This document shows positions 25,465-36,877 of a stretch of 64,000 nt of DNA, piece after piece. Source of the stretch: Elsinoe ampelina (lineage: Eukaryota); the NCBI GenBank assembly GCA_010093995.1, contig ML992520.1:62001-126000 (forward strand), in the 5' to 3' direction. Made by a program: the position numbers and the translations under genes. Every line of letters begins with the position of its first letter. The first letter of the stretch is position 1. The notes beneath the pieces were generated by a model, which made no database searches, had not been told where the DNA came from, and was given only the letters and a program-made list of their open reading frames with translations.

Positions 25465-27525
25465 TCATTTCAGCAGATCTTCCAGCCACTTCCTGACCTC
25501 TTCGCAACCTGCATCTTCAACCCCGTCGGCGACTGCGAGCATCCTCAAGATGATGGTTCCTGCTTTGCTCATGCTTCCGCCCAGAAAGATTCCTGGCAAT
25601 TGCTTCTCTTTCCGTAGTCTCGACAAGACATCATACCGTTCCATCCTCGTGTCGAAGCGACACAACAGCTCTGTGAAGATGATCGCGAGAGCATAGATAT
25701 CCTGACTGACATGCGCTTGACCCGTTTCTGCTTGTTGAGGATGGAGCTGAGTAGGTCGGTAAAGCTCGGTACCAACTTGTCTTGGCCGGTCAGGTTCCGG
25801 ATCTTCCTTTGTGGTTGTATCGCCGCTATCGTTGGGCGGGAGGACGGATACGAGACCAAAGTCGCCTACGCAGATACTCATCCGGAGTTGTTGTGACTTC
25901 GTGTCCATACAGCCCGGAGACACCGGAGATGGAGAGGTGCATTCGGCGCAGGCCAAAGGGTCAATGCTACCCATTGGGATCGTGACCGGTGTGCAAATGG
26001 TTGGCTTGAGGAAGATGTTGGCTGGCTTGAGATCACGGTGGACGATCCCATGAGCGTGAAGGTGCTGCACGCCATCCAGGATAGCCAGCATGATTGCTAC
26101 AGAGGAAGGGAGATGAAAGCAGTGGCGCAAACTGAGCTGCGAATCCTCGAGTGTGATGGTGGAAGCGAACAAGTATTGCGATAGCGTGAGGGGATACAGT
26201 GACATCTGAATGTGCAACGTCAAGGATAGTCCTTGATCGTCTTGTTGTGGCTGTCCACTACCAGTCTCGGACGTTTCGATGATGGCAGATTGTCTGGATA
26301 TCTCTTCCACGTCGTTACTTTCATCGGTGACAGTGGCCAGGGTTGAACGAGTGTGTGTGCGACTGAGCTCGGTTTCGGGTGGTGGATCCGAAGCGTCGTC
26401 TGCGACGTGCTGTGAAGTGGGTTGCGGTTGGGAATCGCTGTGCTCGAAGAGGATGTCTCCTACCTGCGAGGCACCAGTGCCTGTATCGAATGACAGCATC
26501 TGTTGAGAATGACTATGAAAGGTCGAAGATACCGAGATGGAATCTCCATCAGAAGTACCTTGAGTGATCAAACGTGGTTGTTCAGATGAAGAGGTCTGGT
26601 TGACGGCGGCTGTTCTCGACCACTCGACCCACCCACCGAAGTATCTTACAATATTCGGATGCTCGATGCGGGCCATGGTTCGAAGCTCGCTGAGAATGTT
26701 GTTCAGCTCACCTTCTCCTCTTTGCTGGACCTTCTTCAAGACGGTCGGTCCCAGCACAATCTTCTTTACTGCATAAGAACGACCATCGAGACGATGGTTG
26801 CACTGAAAGACGCTCCCATAGCCACCTTTACCAAGCATACACACCTCATCAAAGTCTCTCATGTACCTCGTAGAGTCAAGGAGGGGATGTGCAGGCAGAA
26901 GCTGGGATGCAACCCCCGAGATATGCCTGTCGCCTATGGATCCGTCATGCTCTGAGCTGATAGTCGTCTGAGGATACTCGGTCAAGAGTCGCCTCAAGGG
27001 TTGCCGAATGAGGTGACGATCAGACCTTGTTGCGGAGGAATCTTCAGTCGACAAGTCCAAAGCATTGAGTTGCTGTGAGAGCAATGACAAGCCATCCCTG
27101 GCAGTTTGACGAACGTGGCGAAAGTTGTCACCTTCCAAGCCGGAAGATACTAGGCCGTGTGTGGCCAACTGGCCGGTCAATGCTCGGTACCTTTCAGTAG
27201 CCTGGGATCTTACATGCGGATGATCTTTTGTGTATCGTGGGGACCCCGGAAGAGTGACGTTGTTTAGTTCGTGGCAGACATCGTTCAGACACTTGTCTTC
27301 GAGTAATGCATGGACCAAGACGTTCTGGTAGTGCTGGGAGGCTATTGACGGAGCTGCAGAGCTGGAAGCTAACTCGTGGGGAAATTCTCCGTGGGTGTGA
27401 TCAGGTGAAGCTAATTCTCCCGCCTTGGTCGTCGTGGACTTGATTTGGGACGACGAGTCCAGACTTTGGGTTGAAGTATCATCCGAAGCACTTATTTCCG
27501 ATGCCGGACGGAAAAACGAAGACAT
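25465..27525 (-). CDS. eIF2-alpha kinase (HRI-like, PEK family)
   Basis: RYMRDFDEV..LGKGGYGSVF..DGRSYAVKKI, HPNIVRY..W, long kinase insert, LHIQMSLY, HRDLKPANIFL, GDFGL, VGTELY and F.TRMER. Confidence 0.92.
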   Translation of the reverse strand: MSSFFRPASEISASDDTSTQSLDSSSQIKSTTTKAGELASPDHTHGEFPHELASSSAAPSIASQHYQNVLVHALLEDKCLNDVCHELNNVTLPGSPRYTKDHPHVRSQATERYRALTGQLATHGLVSSGLEGDNFRHVRQTARDGLSLLSQQLNALDLSTEDSSATRSDRHLIRQPLRRLLTEYPQTTISSEHDGSIGDRHISGVASQLLPAHPLLDSTRYMRDFDEVCMLGKGGYGSVFQCNHRLDGRSYAVKKIVLGPTVLKKVQQRGEGELNNILSELRTMARIEHPNIVRYFGGWVEWSRTAAVNQTSSSEQPRLITQGTSDGDSISVSSTFHSHSQQMLSFDTGTGASQVGDILFEHSDSQPQPTSQHVADDASDPPPETELSRTHTRSTLATVTDESNDVEEISRQSAIIETSETGSGQPQQDDQGLSLTLHIQMSLYPLTLSQYLFASTITLEDSQLSLRHCFHLPSSVAIMLAILDGVQHLHAHGIVHRDLKPANIFLKPTICTPVTIPMGSIDPLACAECTSPSPVSPGCMDTKSQQLRMSICVGDFGLVSVLPPNDSGDTTTKEDPEPDRPRQVGTELYRPTQLHPQQAETGQAHVSQDIYALAIIFTELLCRFDTRMERYDVLSRLRKEKQLPGIFLGGSMSKAGTIILRMLAVADGVEDAGCEEVRKWLEDLLK

Positions 27526-29215
27526 GCTCCATTAGATTTGAGAGGTGTGTAGCTGCATAACAAGCCAAGCTGTGCAAGGTGCTATACTTGTGACGTCTGT
27601 GGGCCTGAGACGACCTAAGGTAAGCAGCTGATAGCCGGAGTCTGCTAGAGCAGGATAGTCGGTTCGCGTTGACCCGGATGTGCCCCTTTATACGAGTTCC
27701 GATGGAGTAGCGTGAGTCGGCGTACGCTTGTTGTGTTGTGAAGGATATGAACTTGGAAGGTGATGGAAGAGGGATGGTGAGTCAAGGCAACAGGCAGATT
27801 TGTGAAGGGCGTGGACTCGACTTTGACAGCTTTCGCTTCAGCCAGCCTTCAACATAGCATGGTCTTTGCGAATTCTATACCGGAATCGCACGTGATTTGC
27901 AAGGGACCATAATATTATGACATGAAGCTGCCATGCCGAAGCACAAGGGACATAATGGTGATAACGCGATGCGGCTCAAAACTGATGGCAACTTGGCAAG
28001 TATAAGTCTTACTGTACAAACCAGAAAGCCTGCAAAATCGGCTGGCTTTGGCTTCGAGCTACAACAATGACTGCCCGGCATTAATTCAAACGAGTCCAAT
28101 AGCTAGCTGCTATCTAATGGGGACACAAGTGTTTCTATAGTTTTGTGCTGTTTGCAAAGATGCCATTGAAGACCGATGACCAGAATATAGCATCGTAAAA
28201 ATTGGTGGTAGTATTGCTGAGATCATCACTAGGCTATACCTTCTCCAAAAACACTTGCAAGAGTGGAGCCCCGGGTTGAGCAAAAAACGATATTGTAGTC
28301 TTCTGCGATTGGATTTTCTGGGCTGTTGTGGGTTTTCAGAGTTTTCTGGGGTGCAGACGCCTCCCACGACATCTACCACGGTGCCACCTCGACTTCTTTT
28401 CGTGCTCCTTGCTCCATGCTCAGAGACACGCCACGCCTCTTGCGACAAGTCTGGCTAGTCTACACCAGCCATGGCTCTGCTCCTTTTGACTTTGTTCTAT
28501 CGTTCCTGAGCACATCGCCACAGTATCAGACTTGCTAGCACAAACAACAGTCATCACGCTGTCTCAGTAGACACCCTGTTGTGGCCACACGCAGAAGCGA
28601 GCCTGTACAGTGTACCGTAGCCTCCCCCTGGATCGAGTCATTCGATATCATCGCAAAGATCGGATCCCTGCTTTGGATCATTCGAGATGCACTTGGATCC
28701 ACCCCGGCCCCTGCCCTAATCACGGTGAGCATTACAGCATCTCCCGGTGATAGATCTGCTAGCCTTGCAGGTGGCTTTGCTTGTACAGCGAGAAGACGTT
28801 TGACATGCAACAAGCCACCAATGACCAGGCACTCCATGTTTGGCATCGAACAATACGAGCCTCTGGCATCTTATTCACGGAACTTTTATGACCGAGGCAT
28901 TATTCTCTTTGTACCTGCAAGCGCCCCTGATCTGGTCACGCGCAGGAAGATCGACGACGGATCCTTGAGCCAACGCTAGTCATCCACCATCCTGGGAAAG
29001 CTCTGCTTTGTCTTCGAAGTGCCACCCCGGACAGACAACGATAAGCAGAGATACTGTGATTACTATCACTTCACACTCCATGTATTGTTCCTACCGATCT
29101 CTGGTTCTCAGCTGACTCGAATGTGCTGACTTGAAGCAGTGAAACAGTCCATGCGGCGTGCCTGTGGGAAATTGCCTTTTGGTTGCTTGTGGATCGTCCG
29201 CCGACGGTCACAAAG

Positions 29216-29664
29216 CTTGGCTGCTTGGCTACTTGGCTACTTGGCATGAAACTCTGACCACCGCCGGCGGGGCGCATTTCCAACACTCGTGACTCCATCT
29301 GCACGTCCTACTTGGCCACCATTCTTGATCCCGACAAGCTCGCTTTGATAATCCTGAAACACCAAGAGCCCTCACGAAACCTCTGGACTAGGATTGACCG
29401 TCCCCGCACCTTCCCCTGCGCTTAATGTCCCTCTAAGCTGGTCCGAGACGGAATATCTCTCAACGCGGCCACGAGGCATGCCACCCAAACCACGCCCCGT
29501 GGTCTAGCCTGCGGGAAATCTCCGTACTCTGCTCCACTTGGCAGCTATCCCTCTTCGGTGTCGAATCTGTGCTCCTCCGCCGTCGTCGGCTTTGGTCCTA
29601 TGCCTCGCCTCTGACAATGTGATACACACGCCCATGAATCTGCTAGTAAGATTATCTGCTTGGC
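29216..29664 (-). promoter_or_regulatory. Cluster of seven PacC consensus sites (GCCAAG on the - strand) upstream of the pectate lyase
   Basis: CTTGGC at 29216, 29224, 29232, 29240, 29311, 29537 and 29659; TATAA at 29738. Confidence 0.7.
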
Positions 29665-29871
29665 CTGTAAGTTTCTCCATCGACTAGAATTTCACCGTGC
29701 AGGGACCCCTGCTGGATATCCTGTCTTGAGCATCACATATAAGACTCTCTGTGCCTCCCATCTCAGTCGGTCCTTCTCAAGCCAATCCAAATCCCAGATC
29801 TTCCCAGTCTTTCATTCAATCCCTTATTCAATAAGCTTCGCCGGTCGTCGCTATCAAAACCACATATCAAA

Positions 29872-30606
29872 ATGCACTTCACCAACGTCGTCGTCGCCGC
29901 CTCCCTGGCTGGCATGGGTTTCGCCCAGTCTCTCAACATCCCAACTCGCTCTGGCAGCATTGTGTCCCTCTCCAAGCCCTCTACCATCTCCGGCAGCTTC
30001 TCAGGGGGGAACAAGGAATATGACAGAGGCCGAGCATGCGACTCTGATGCCGACACTGGCTCCGACTCCGCCGTCTTCATCCTCGAGAACGGTGCTTCCC
30101 TCTCCAACGTCATCATCGGTGCCAACGCCCTCGAGGGTGTCCACTGCAAGGGTGCCTGCACCTTGACCAACGTCTGGTTCCGCGATGTCTGCGAAGACGC
30201 CATCTCCGCCCTCGGCAACGGTAACGTCCTCATCTCCGGTGGTGGTGCCGCCAACGCCAAGGACAAGATCGTTCAGCACAACGGACGTGGTACCGTCACC
30301 ATCCGTGGCTTCACCGCCGTCACTGCTGGGAAACTCTACAGATCCTGTGGCGACTGCTCCAACAATGGCGGCCCCCGTAACGTCGTTGTTGAGAATGTCA
30401 AGGTCAATGGTATGACTTCCGACCTGGTCGGTATCAACTCCAACTTTGGAGACGTTGCGACCATCTCTGGCTCCTGCGGAAAGTCCAAGAAGGTCTGCCA
30501 GGAGTACAAGGGTGTTGTCAAAGGAAGCGGATCGACTGGCAAGGTCTCTACAACCGCCAACTGCCGCGGCGCCCAAGGCAAGCTCTCCACCCTCCCCGCC
30601 TGCTAG
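29872..30606 (+). CDS. Secreted pectate lyase, family PL3
   Basis: Signal peptide; AVFILENGASLSNVIIG, EGVHCKGACTLTNVWFRDVCEDA, DKIVQHNG and GKLYRSCGDC. Confidence 0.97.
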   Translation: MHFTNVVVAASLAGMGFAQSLNIPTRSGSIVSLSKPSTISGSFSGGNKEYDRGRACDSDADTGSDSAVFILENGASLSNVIIGANALEGVHCKGACTLTNVWFRDVCEDAISALGNGNVLISGGGAANAKDKIVQHNGRGTVTIRGFTAVTAGKLYRSCGDCSNNGGPRNVVVENVKVNGMTSDLVGINSNFGDVATISGSCGKSKKVCQEYKGVVKGSGSTGKVSTTANCRGAQGKLSTLPAC

Positions 30607-31106
30607 ATGCCTGGCGCGACATGAGTTGCTCTGAAGGAGACATGTGGTATTGTCACGAAGGGATTGTCGGGAATGATTACTTCTGGGAAGCGCTTGACAA
30701 CAGGGTCAATAATTGCATTTGTCAAGCGAGGATTTTGCTTCGTGCTCTTCTTTTCGAAAAGGCCCAGTGCCATGGTCATTGTACATATTTTGACCTCCCA
30801 ATGATTATTTTGAGCTACCTCAACATGTTGTGAATTGCCTTTGCTACCGTTGAAGTTTGTAATATGAGAAGCCGACCGACTGCCGACGTTTAAGAATTAT
30901 CCTACCAGAAGCCAACCACTTCCATGGATCCCACCGTCCTACCTCTATTGTATTGTTACTACCTGCTTACCTCTTCAATATTATAGTTACCAGGATAATG
31001 TATACACCGACATCTTCCCAGGGACCAAGACACACATGAAGGTCGTCAAAAACCCTCCTAGGGCTCTCTGACCGCCCAACAGTCCTGACCGAACGCCCAG
31101 CCCTAA

Positions 31107-32045
31107 TACCAAAAGCCCAACCTGCGCTTATTCGAACCACCTCCTCGCACACGAAGGTTCATCTTCGGCATCGCAATATCAAACATCCTACCACAACCAG
31201 ACAAAACGAATCTCTTCCCAAAATCAACGACCCACCGTGCCAAAGCAGACAGACTTCCCCACCACACATGCGCGATCCACTGCATACACGCGTCGTCCCA
31301 ACTCAAAGATCAGGTTGGTCTCTGGTTCGCACGAAATTACCTTTTCACCACGACTCGATCATCAGAAGCCTTTTCCTGCCCCTGGTGCCTGCCAAGCGGC
31401 GAGGCTGACTTGGCGGACTCCGCTGGAGCACGGTGGGGGTGCGAGCCTGAAACACGGGCGTGCGGCGGGAGCCGGGTTGGTCCATTGCGGGTCGACGTCG
31501 GCATCTATCAGGTATCTACAGAAAATGTCTGGTACAGACTAATGGATGGGCAGTGGCTTTTACTTGGAAGGAGAGTCAGAGGTAAGATAGTGGTTGTGAT
31601 ACTTTCAAAGCTACGGTACAGTATCATTTCACACGCAAGCCACAACTCTGCGGCAGCTCAGCTTATCTCACGGGGTTCTATCACCGGGCGGATAGCAAGC
31701 TACTTTTCGATCGGAGACGAGGTCGAGACCGTCTGCTGTCTGACCAGCGTCGTGCGGCAATATGTGAATCACGCGCGCGCCCAGTCATTGGGTCGGATCC
31801 TGTTTCCAGGACATCTGGTTGTTGACCTTCTAGAAGACCAGAACCCCTACCAGAAACTTCCTGTGCTGCTTGCTCGCAGACTGGGCTCGACCACGCGAGG
31901 CATGGAGCACCTGTTAGGCACCCTCGAGATGCATCAGTGGATGACCGAGATACTCACAGATTCGTTTCAGCGGTGTGATACATCACATCTGGCGGTTAGC
32001 TACGGTACGTGGCATCTCTCTCCGGGGCTTATACACATGAGTTGA
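31107..32045 (+). pseudogene. Long open frame with no 5' ATG; possible relic or spliced gene of an F-box-like fungal hypothetical family
   Basis: 312 sense codons. LRLFEPPPRTRRFIFGIAI and IHASSQLKDQVGLWFARNYLF loosely resemble the LPxEIRxxIY and LLxxCRQIRxEAxxxFY..N.F motifs. Confidence 0.3.
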
Positions 32046-32165
32046 TGTAGCATTACATTAGTCATTCTGTGACCATGTATATCATCGCTCTACTGCACGC
32101 AAAGGGGTATCACAAATCAAAACTCCCTTCCCTCCCTATCCACACCCTCTCCTTTCCCTCCCCTC

Positions 32166-34817
32166 CTACCCAAACGCCGTCTCATCCACCCTCAACGCGA
32201 AAAACCTTCTCCTCCTCTTCACCTCCTCGTCCTTAATCTTCCCCCCCAACATCCACGCCGCCTTCACCAACCCATCAATCCCCACCTTCCCTCCCCTCCT
32301 CCCCTCCCTCTTCCCACCCACCCCCATCCCATCCATAAACCCCCTGATCTCAAACCCGCCTTCCAAAGCCAACATCTCCTCCTCAAAAACCTTACACAAC
32401 CCCGTGCCGAACCTAATCAAAAAGCCCGTCCCGCCCGCGTTCGGCAGCCCCAACAACACGTCCCACACGCGCAACACCCCCTCCACCCCCAACGCCGACG
32501 CATACGCCGTGAGGAACCAATTATACGGCGCGCTCTCGCGTCCCTCGACGCCGTACTCGTCCAACCTCCTCCCCAAGCGGGGGATGAGTTCATCGACGAA
32601 GCTCCTCAGGACGCAAATCTCGATGGACGCGCCGCGGAGCGTGGCGTCAAAGTACACGTCCGCGAGCACGTGTTCGACGAGGTACGTGAACGTCCAAAAC
32701 GCCGCCTCGGTCGTCGGCGACATGAGCAGCAGGTACCCCGCGATCAGGTTCATGCCTTGGCAGTACCCTATCTCCGGCCGGCGGGTGAGGAACGCGAGGA
32801 GGAGTTCGCGGAGGGCGGAGCGGCCGCGGGGTTCCTGCGGGGCGGGAGGGGCAGGGACGGAGGCGTGGCCGTTCAGGTGCGAGGGGCGGCGGGAGAGGGG
32901 GTGCGAGGGGCGGAAGAAGACGTTGTTGGGGAGGGTGCGGGGGATGTCGTCTTCGATTTCGGCGAGGAGGGAGGGGTCGACGGAGGTGGTGGAGAGGGAG
33001 ACGAGGGTGCGGTAGGCGTCTGGGTCGGGTTGGAGGGTTTCGAGCGCGATGGAGGTGTAGATTTGGGAGCGGAGCGCCATGGGGATACCGGAGAGGACGA
33101 GGCGGGTGCGGTCGGCGCGGAGCGAGGCGGGGAGGGAGCTGAGTTGGGGAGGGATGTCGGGGTTGGGGGAGGATCGGACGGAGGTGGAGGTGTTGCGACG
33201 GAACAAGGCTGGCATGTAGGAGGATGTGGATGATGTTTCCGAGACGGAAGGCTGCGTGGCGTTGAGGAACTTCTCCCATGGAATAAGTCGAGCCTTTTGA
33301 AGGCGTCCAAAGTCGTCTGAAAGTTGTGTCTGAAGTATTTTGACCGCATCTGATTGTCCCATCTCTGTTGGCGAGTCGAGCGTACCGTCTGCTTCTTCCG
33401 GCGTGGTGCTCGTCGTTGAAGCGATAGGTAGCCACGACAATGACCCTAGCGAGGAAGCGTCGAATTTGAGGTAATTTGTCCAGGACTGCTGGTCTGCCTC
33501 TGGTATCTCACCCTCATTCTCGCTCTCTGGGACCGACTTGACACTGCTTGCTGAGGTGACTGGAGTGTCTACTCCTCTGTTGGAAGCGGGCTTTGGCGAA
33601 GAGAGTCTGTTCTTGTCCATGAACTCATTGATACGTGTTGAGTCGATCACAAAACCGTAGACGTCTGCGGAGTAGCCAGGATACTGTGATTGTATATCGC
33701 GCTGCGAAGTAAGTGGTGGAGGCAAGTTCTCAATCTCCACGATCGAGTTCATCTCGACTGGTCCAGCAGATGGAGCCAACAGATTCTTGGAGCTAGCATT
33801 GGATCCAATGGACGACTTGCGCTTGTGATACATGGCTGCTTTTGCCGAGTTGAGCTGAGTTGCCAGTGGTACTTCCTTCTTCTTTGCCGGCTTGGCTGTC
33901 TTGCTAGCGCGTATCGTCTGTCTGCCGCCAAACATGGAGAGCATACCTTTGACAGTACCATTAGCTCCTGAAGGGGTGTCACTCCCTCGACGGGACGATT
34001 TGGCCTCGCTCGGCGCAGCTGATGGAGCGCGGTCCAGCTCTGCCACGTTCGAGTCGCTGAAAGGATTCAACGAGGAGTCTGTCACAGGACTATCCAGAGC
34101 ATCCTCCAAACCCCTCTCCAGCCCAGAGTCGCCAGGATGTCTCGATGACTTTGTGAGATCATGCAATGTCCTGTCTGCATCCAACCTCGACAGATCGTGT
34201 TCTTGACAAAGATGATCCTTAAATATCCTTGCCATTTCTTCCAGCCTCTTTCGCATGGCCACCACTTCCGCATCCCGCTGCTCGAGGTCTCCAGCCAAAG
34301 TTCGGATCATGGAAAAGTAGGATTGGCTCTTGGACAGCTCGCGCAAGGCCTTATTGTCGACATGCGCCAGAACACTTGGGTGTTGCCTGTAATACTGAAG
34401 ATCATGCTCGTTAAACAGAGAACCCTCCGTGGTCTCCGTGTCCATCATGGTCTTCATGAGTGATTGCGTCGCTTTTGACGTGCTCTGCTTGTTCTGAGCA
34501 GGAGGGGTAGAAGATCCGTCATCGTTGCGGGTAAACTGCTGCCCGTCGACCGAGTTCTGGCGGTGTGGGGCATATATGGATCGTGACCTCTTACTCGATG
34601 AGCATGAATCGTCCGAGTCGTCGTGCGTCTGTCCAGGTGAGGAGAATGGCTCAAACGAGGTCAATGTCGGCACTTCATTTGGCTGGCTGTTTTGGCTGTC
34701 TGTACGTGCCAGCGAATGGTTTGAACGTCTGTTTCTAGGCCCTGGTCTATTGCGCTGGGCAGAGGATCGCCTGGACGACTGGTTGCGCCTTTCAGAAGGC
34801 CGACCAGAGTCGTCCAT
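32166..34817 (-). CDS. TBC-domain Rab GTPase-activating protein
   Basis: GIPMALRSQIY, IEDDIPRT (Arg finger), IGYCQGMN (Gln finger) and LRVWD, with an N-terminal coiled coil. The start is uncertain (frame open to 34973). Confidence 0.92.
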   Translation of the reverse strand: MDDSGRPSERRNQSSRRSSAQRNRPGPRNRRSNHSLARTDSQNSQPNEVPTLTSFEPFSSPGQTHDDSDDSCSSSKRSRSIYAPHRQNSVDGQQFTRNDDGSSTPPAQNKQSTSKATQSLMKTMMDTETTEGSLFNEHDLQYYRQHPSVLAHVDNKALRELSKSQSYFSMIRTLAGDLEQRDAEVVAMRKRLEEMARIFKDHLCQEHDLSRLDADRTLHDLTKSSRHPGDSGLERGLEDALDSPVTDSSLNPFSDSNVAELDRAPSAAPSEAKSSRRGSDTPSGANGTVKGMLSMFGGRQTIRASKTAKPAKKKEVPLATQLNSAKAAMYHKRKSSIGSNASSKNLLAPSAGPVEMNSIVEIENLPPPLTSQRDIQSQYPGYSADVYGFVIDSTRINEFMDKNRLSSPKPASNRGVDTPVTSASSVKSVPESENEGEIPEADQQSWTNYLKFDASSLGSLSWLPIASTTSTTPEEADGTLDSPTEMGQSDAVKILQTQLSDDFGRLQKARLIPWEKFLNATQPSVSETSSTSSYMPALFRRNTSTSVRSSPNPDIPPQLSSLPASLRADRTRLVLSGIPMALRSQIYTSIALETLQPDPDAYRTLVSLSTTSVDPSLLAEIEDDIPRTLPNNVFFRPSHPLSRRPSHLNGHASVPAPPAPQEPRGRSALRELLLAFLTRRPEIGYCQGMNLIAGYLLLMSPTTEAAFWTFTYLVEHVLADVYFDATLRGASIEICVLRSFVDELIPRLGRRLDEYGVEGRESAPYNWFLTAYASALGVEGVLRVWDVLLGLPNAGGTGFLIRFGTGLCKVFEEEMLALEGGFEIRGFMDGMGVGGKREGRRGGKVGIDGLVKAAWMLGGKIKDEEVKRRRRFFALRVDETAFG

Positions 34818-35090
34818 GCTGCATTCATGTGTAGGTAGAGATGTGCAAGGTGTCGTGTGGTCAAATGTCCAGACATGAATTTCCCCACGTTGATTGCTGC
34901 AAAATGACGCCTCCCTCGACGCGTTTCGTTTGGGTGGGAAGGATTTGCCGAAACGTGTCATGCAAGAGGACACGAGAAAGTTGAGGCAGCTTTTTCCTCT
35001 CTACCACCTCTCATATTACACATCACACATCACACATCACCACTCAGAACATGGATCGCTAAATATTCATGCATTTCGTGCCAAATGCCC

Positions 35091-36202
35091 TCATGCTCCG
35101 ACCCTGTAAGTTGTGGCTACCACGAGACTACCCTTCTTTTCCTCCGATTTCGACCCTGAGCTATCCTCTTCGAACCTGATTGTAGGTAGTCTGGGCTCTG
35201 GTCTGTCCCTATCGTCCTCGCTCTCGCCCAGCGCTCGTCTCATAAGTGGTCGAGTTGCAGCCAGTGACACAGCCATCAGGCCGACGGCATTCTCCCAGAA
35301 AGCCAGAAAGAAGAACTTCCATAGCTTGTAAAACCCCTCATCACCTTCATCCCAGCTGGAGTGAGCAATCACAGGTATCCTAGCAATCGAGATCAGGCTA
35401 CCGCTTATGCCCAGGAGTAGAACCAGTGCAGCAGAGACCTTCATTCGAGAAGACATCAAGTTTTGCCATATCAGCGTGCTCGGCAACAGCATCAGCAGCC
35501 AGTCCATGACAGCATTGACCACAGCCGAAACAATACCGACAACCTTGAGTGGCTCCACTGGTAGACATGTCGGCATGGCATCTGGCTGGCGCAGGAAGAG
35601 GAGCGGATCGCCGCACTGGAACAGGTTGACGAATGCGTAAGTTATGGTGAAAAGCGAGAAGATGCCAGTGCTCCAGATCAGAACTCGACGCTGCCGTTTG
35701 GTATCCGCACTCGACAGAATCGCGGCGAAGAAGGCTGCCAGCGCCACCTTGACAAGGATCTGGGCGATTGCGTATATGAAATTCTGGAACCACAGGACCT
35801 GTGTCAAGCATCAGCACTCTGCGGATTCCCCTCTGGGGATGAACTTGCATTCGAAGCATGGTCGAAGAGCAGCATTGACCATTCATCCGGCGCAGTTGCA
35901 ATATGGATGCCGCCGAATGCTATGAACATTCCCGCATGTGCAAAGACGGCACACTGTTCGAATGTTCAGCTTCAACGCCAACCGTTGTTGTAAATCAGCT
36001 CACTCACCCACGCTGCAACTACCAACCAGTCGTCGATTGCGAGTCTCTGGAGGAGGAAGCGTCTTGTGTAGAGACGCAGAGCGACACAGACAGAGACCGC
36101 GCATATCCCGAGGACTCCATTGATGATAAAATAATCCGGCCGCACCAGAGGATTGGGGTCATAGGGTTCTTCTCCAGTCGAGTCTGCCGTCACATTGCTC
36201 AT
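35091..36202 (-). CDS. Pth11-like (fungal rhodopsin-domain) integral membrane receptor without CFEM domain
   Basis: ALRLYTR...LAIDDWLVVAAW, VKVAL, NLFQC, DWLLMLLP, ISIARI and ENAVGLMAVSLAATRPL. Introns 36007-35954 (GT-AG) and 35848-35799 (GC-AG). Confidence 0.88.
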
Positions 36203-36877
36203 GTTGGCAGGTCGCTGTCAAGACCGAATCACGAAAAAACAAAACGACATTAAGAGAAGAGGCAGCGACATTTACGAAAGCTTTCTCGACCGCACCTCGA
36301 GAAATAAAACGAAGGTTAACTCTCGTTAGCAACGTTCGGAACCTTCGCTTGACTAGTCAACAAACGTTTGACTCGGAGTTGATCGCACAAATCGATCAGG
36401 AGGACATGGTCAATGGTGGCAAGCAATGTTGGAAGACCTGGACGAAAGGCAACACTTATTACAGGGATATCACGATCGACGAAGAAATGCAGAGTGGCTC
36501 GATCAGAGCTGGAGGAGCTTGTCACAACAGCATGGGGAGTATTTGGTCATGCCTCAGCCAACGGCAGCACAACGGCTGCCCGTTAGCATTCAAACTTGGG
36601 AAGCTGAACAGCACCTGCACTTGCGATGATGGCAGAAACTGGCCACGCTCGAATATGCTCAACGGCTTCAACTGCTTTCGGCTCAGCCCAGACCCTCCAC
36701 TCTCGACGATGTTACTGTTAACCATACACATCAAATTTCGCCGCACACGGTCACATGTGGAAATTCTAAAGATTACATTTGGTTCTGTGCAAGAAATCAA
36801 GCAGTACCACGAGGTACTATGGGTATCATCGAACGCCAAACCCAAAAAGCAAATCTATCTTACCCTCCTCGAAAGCC

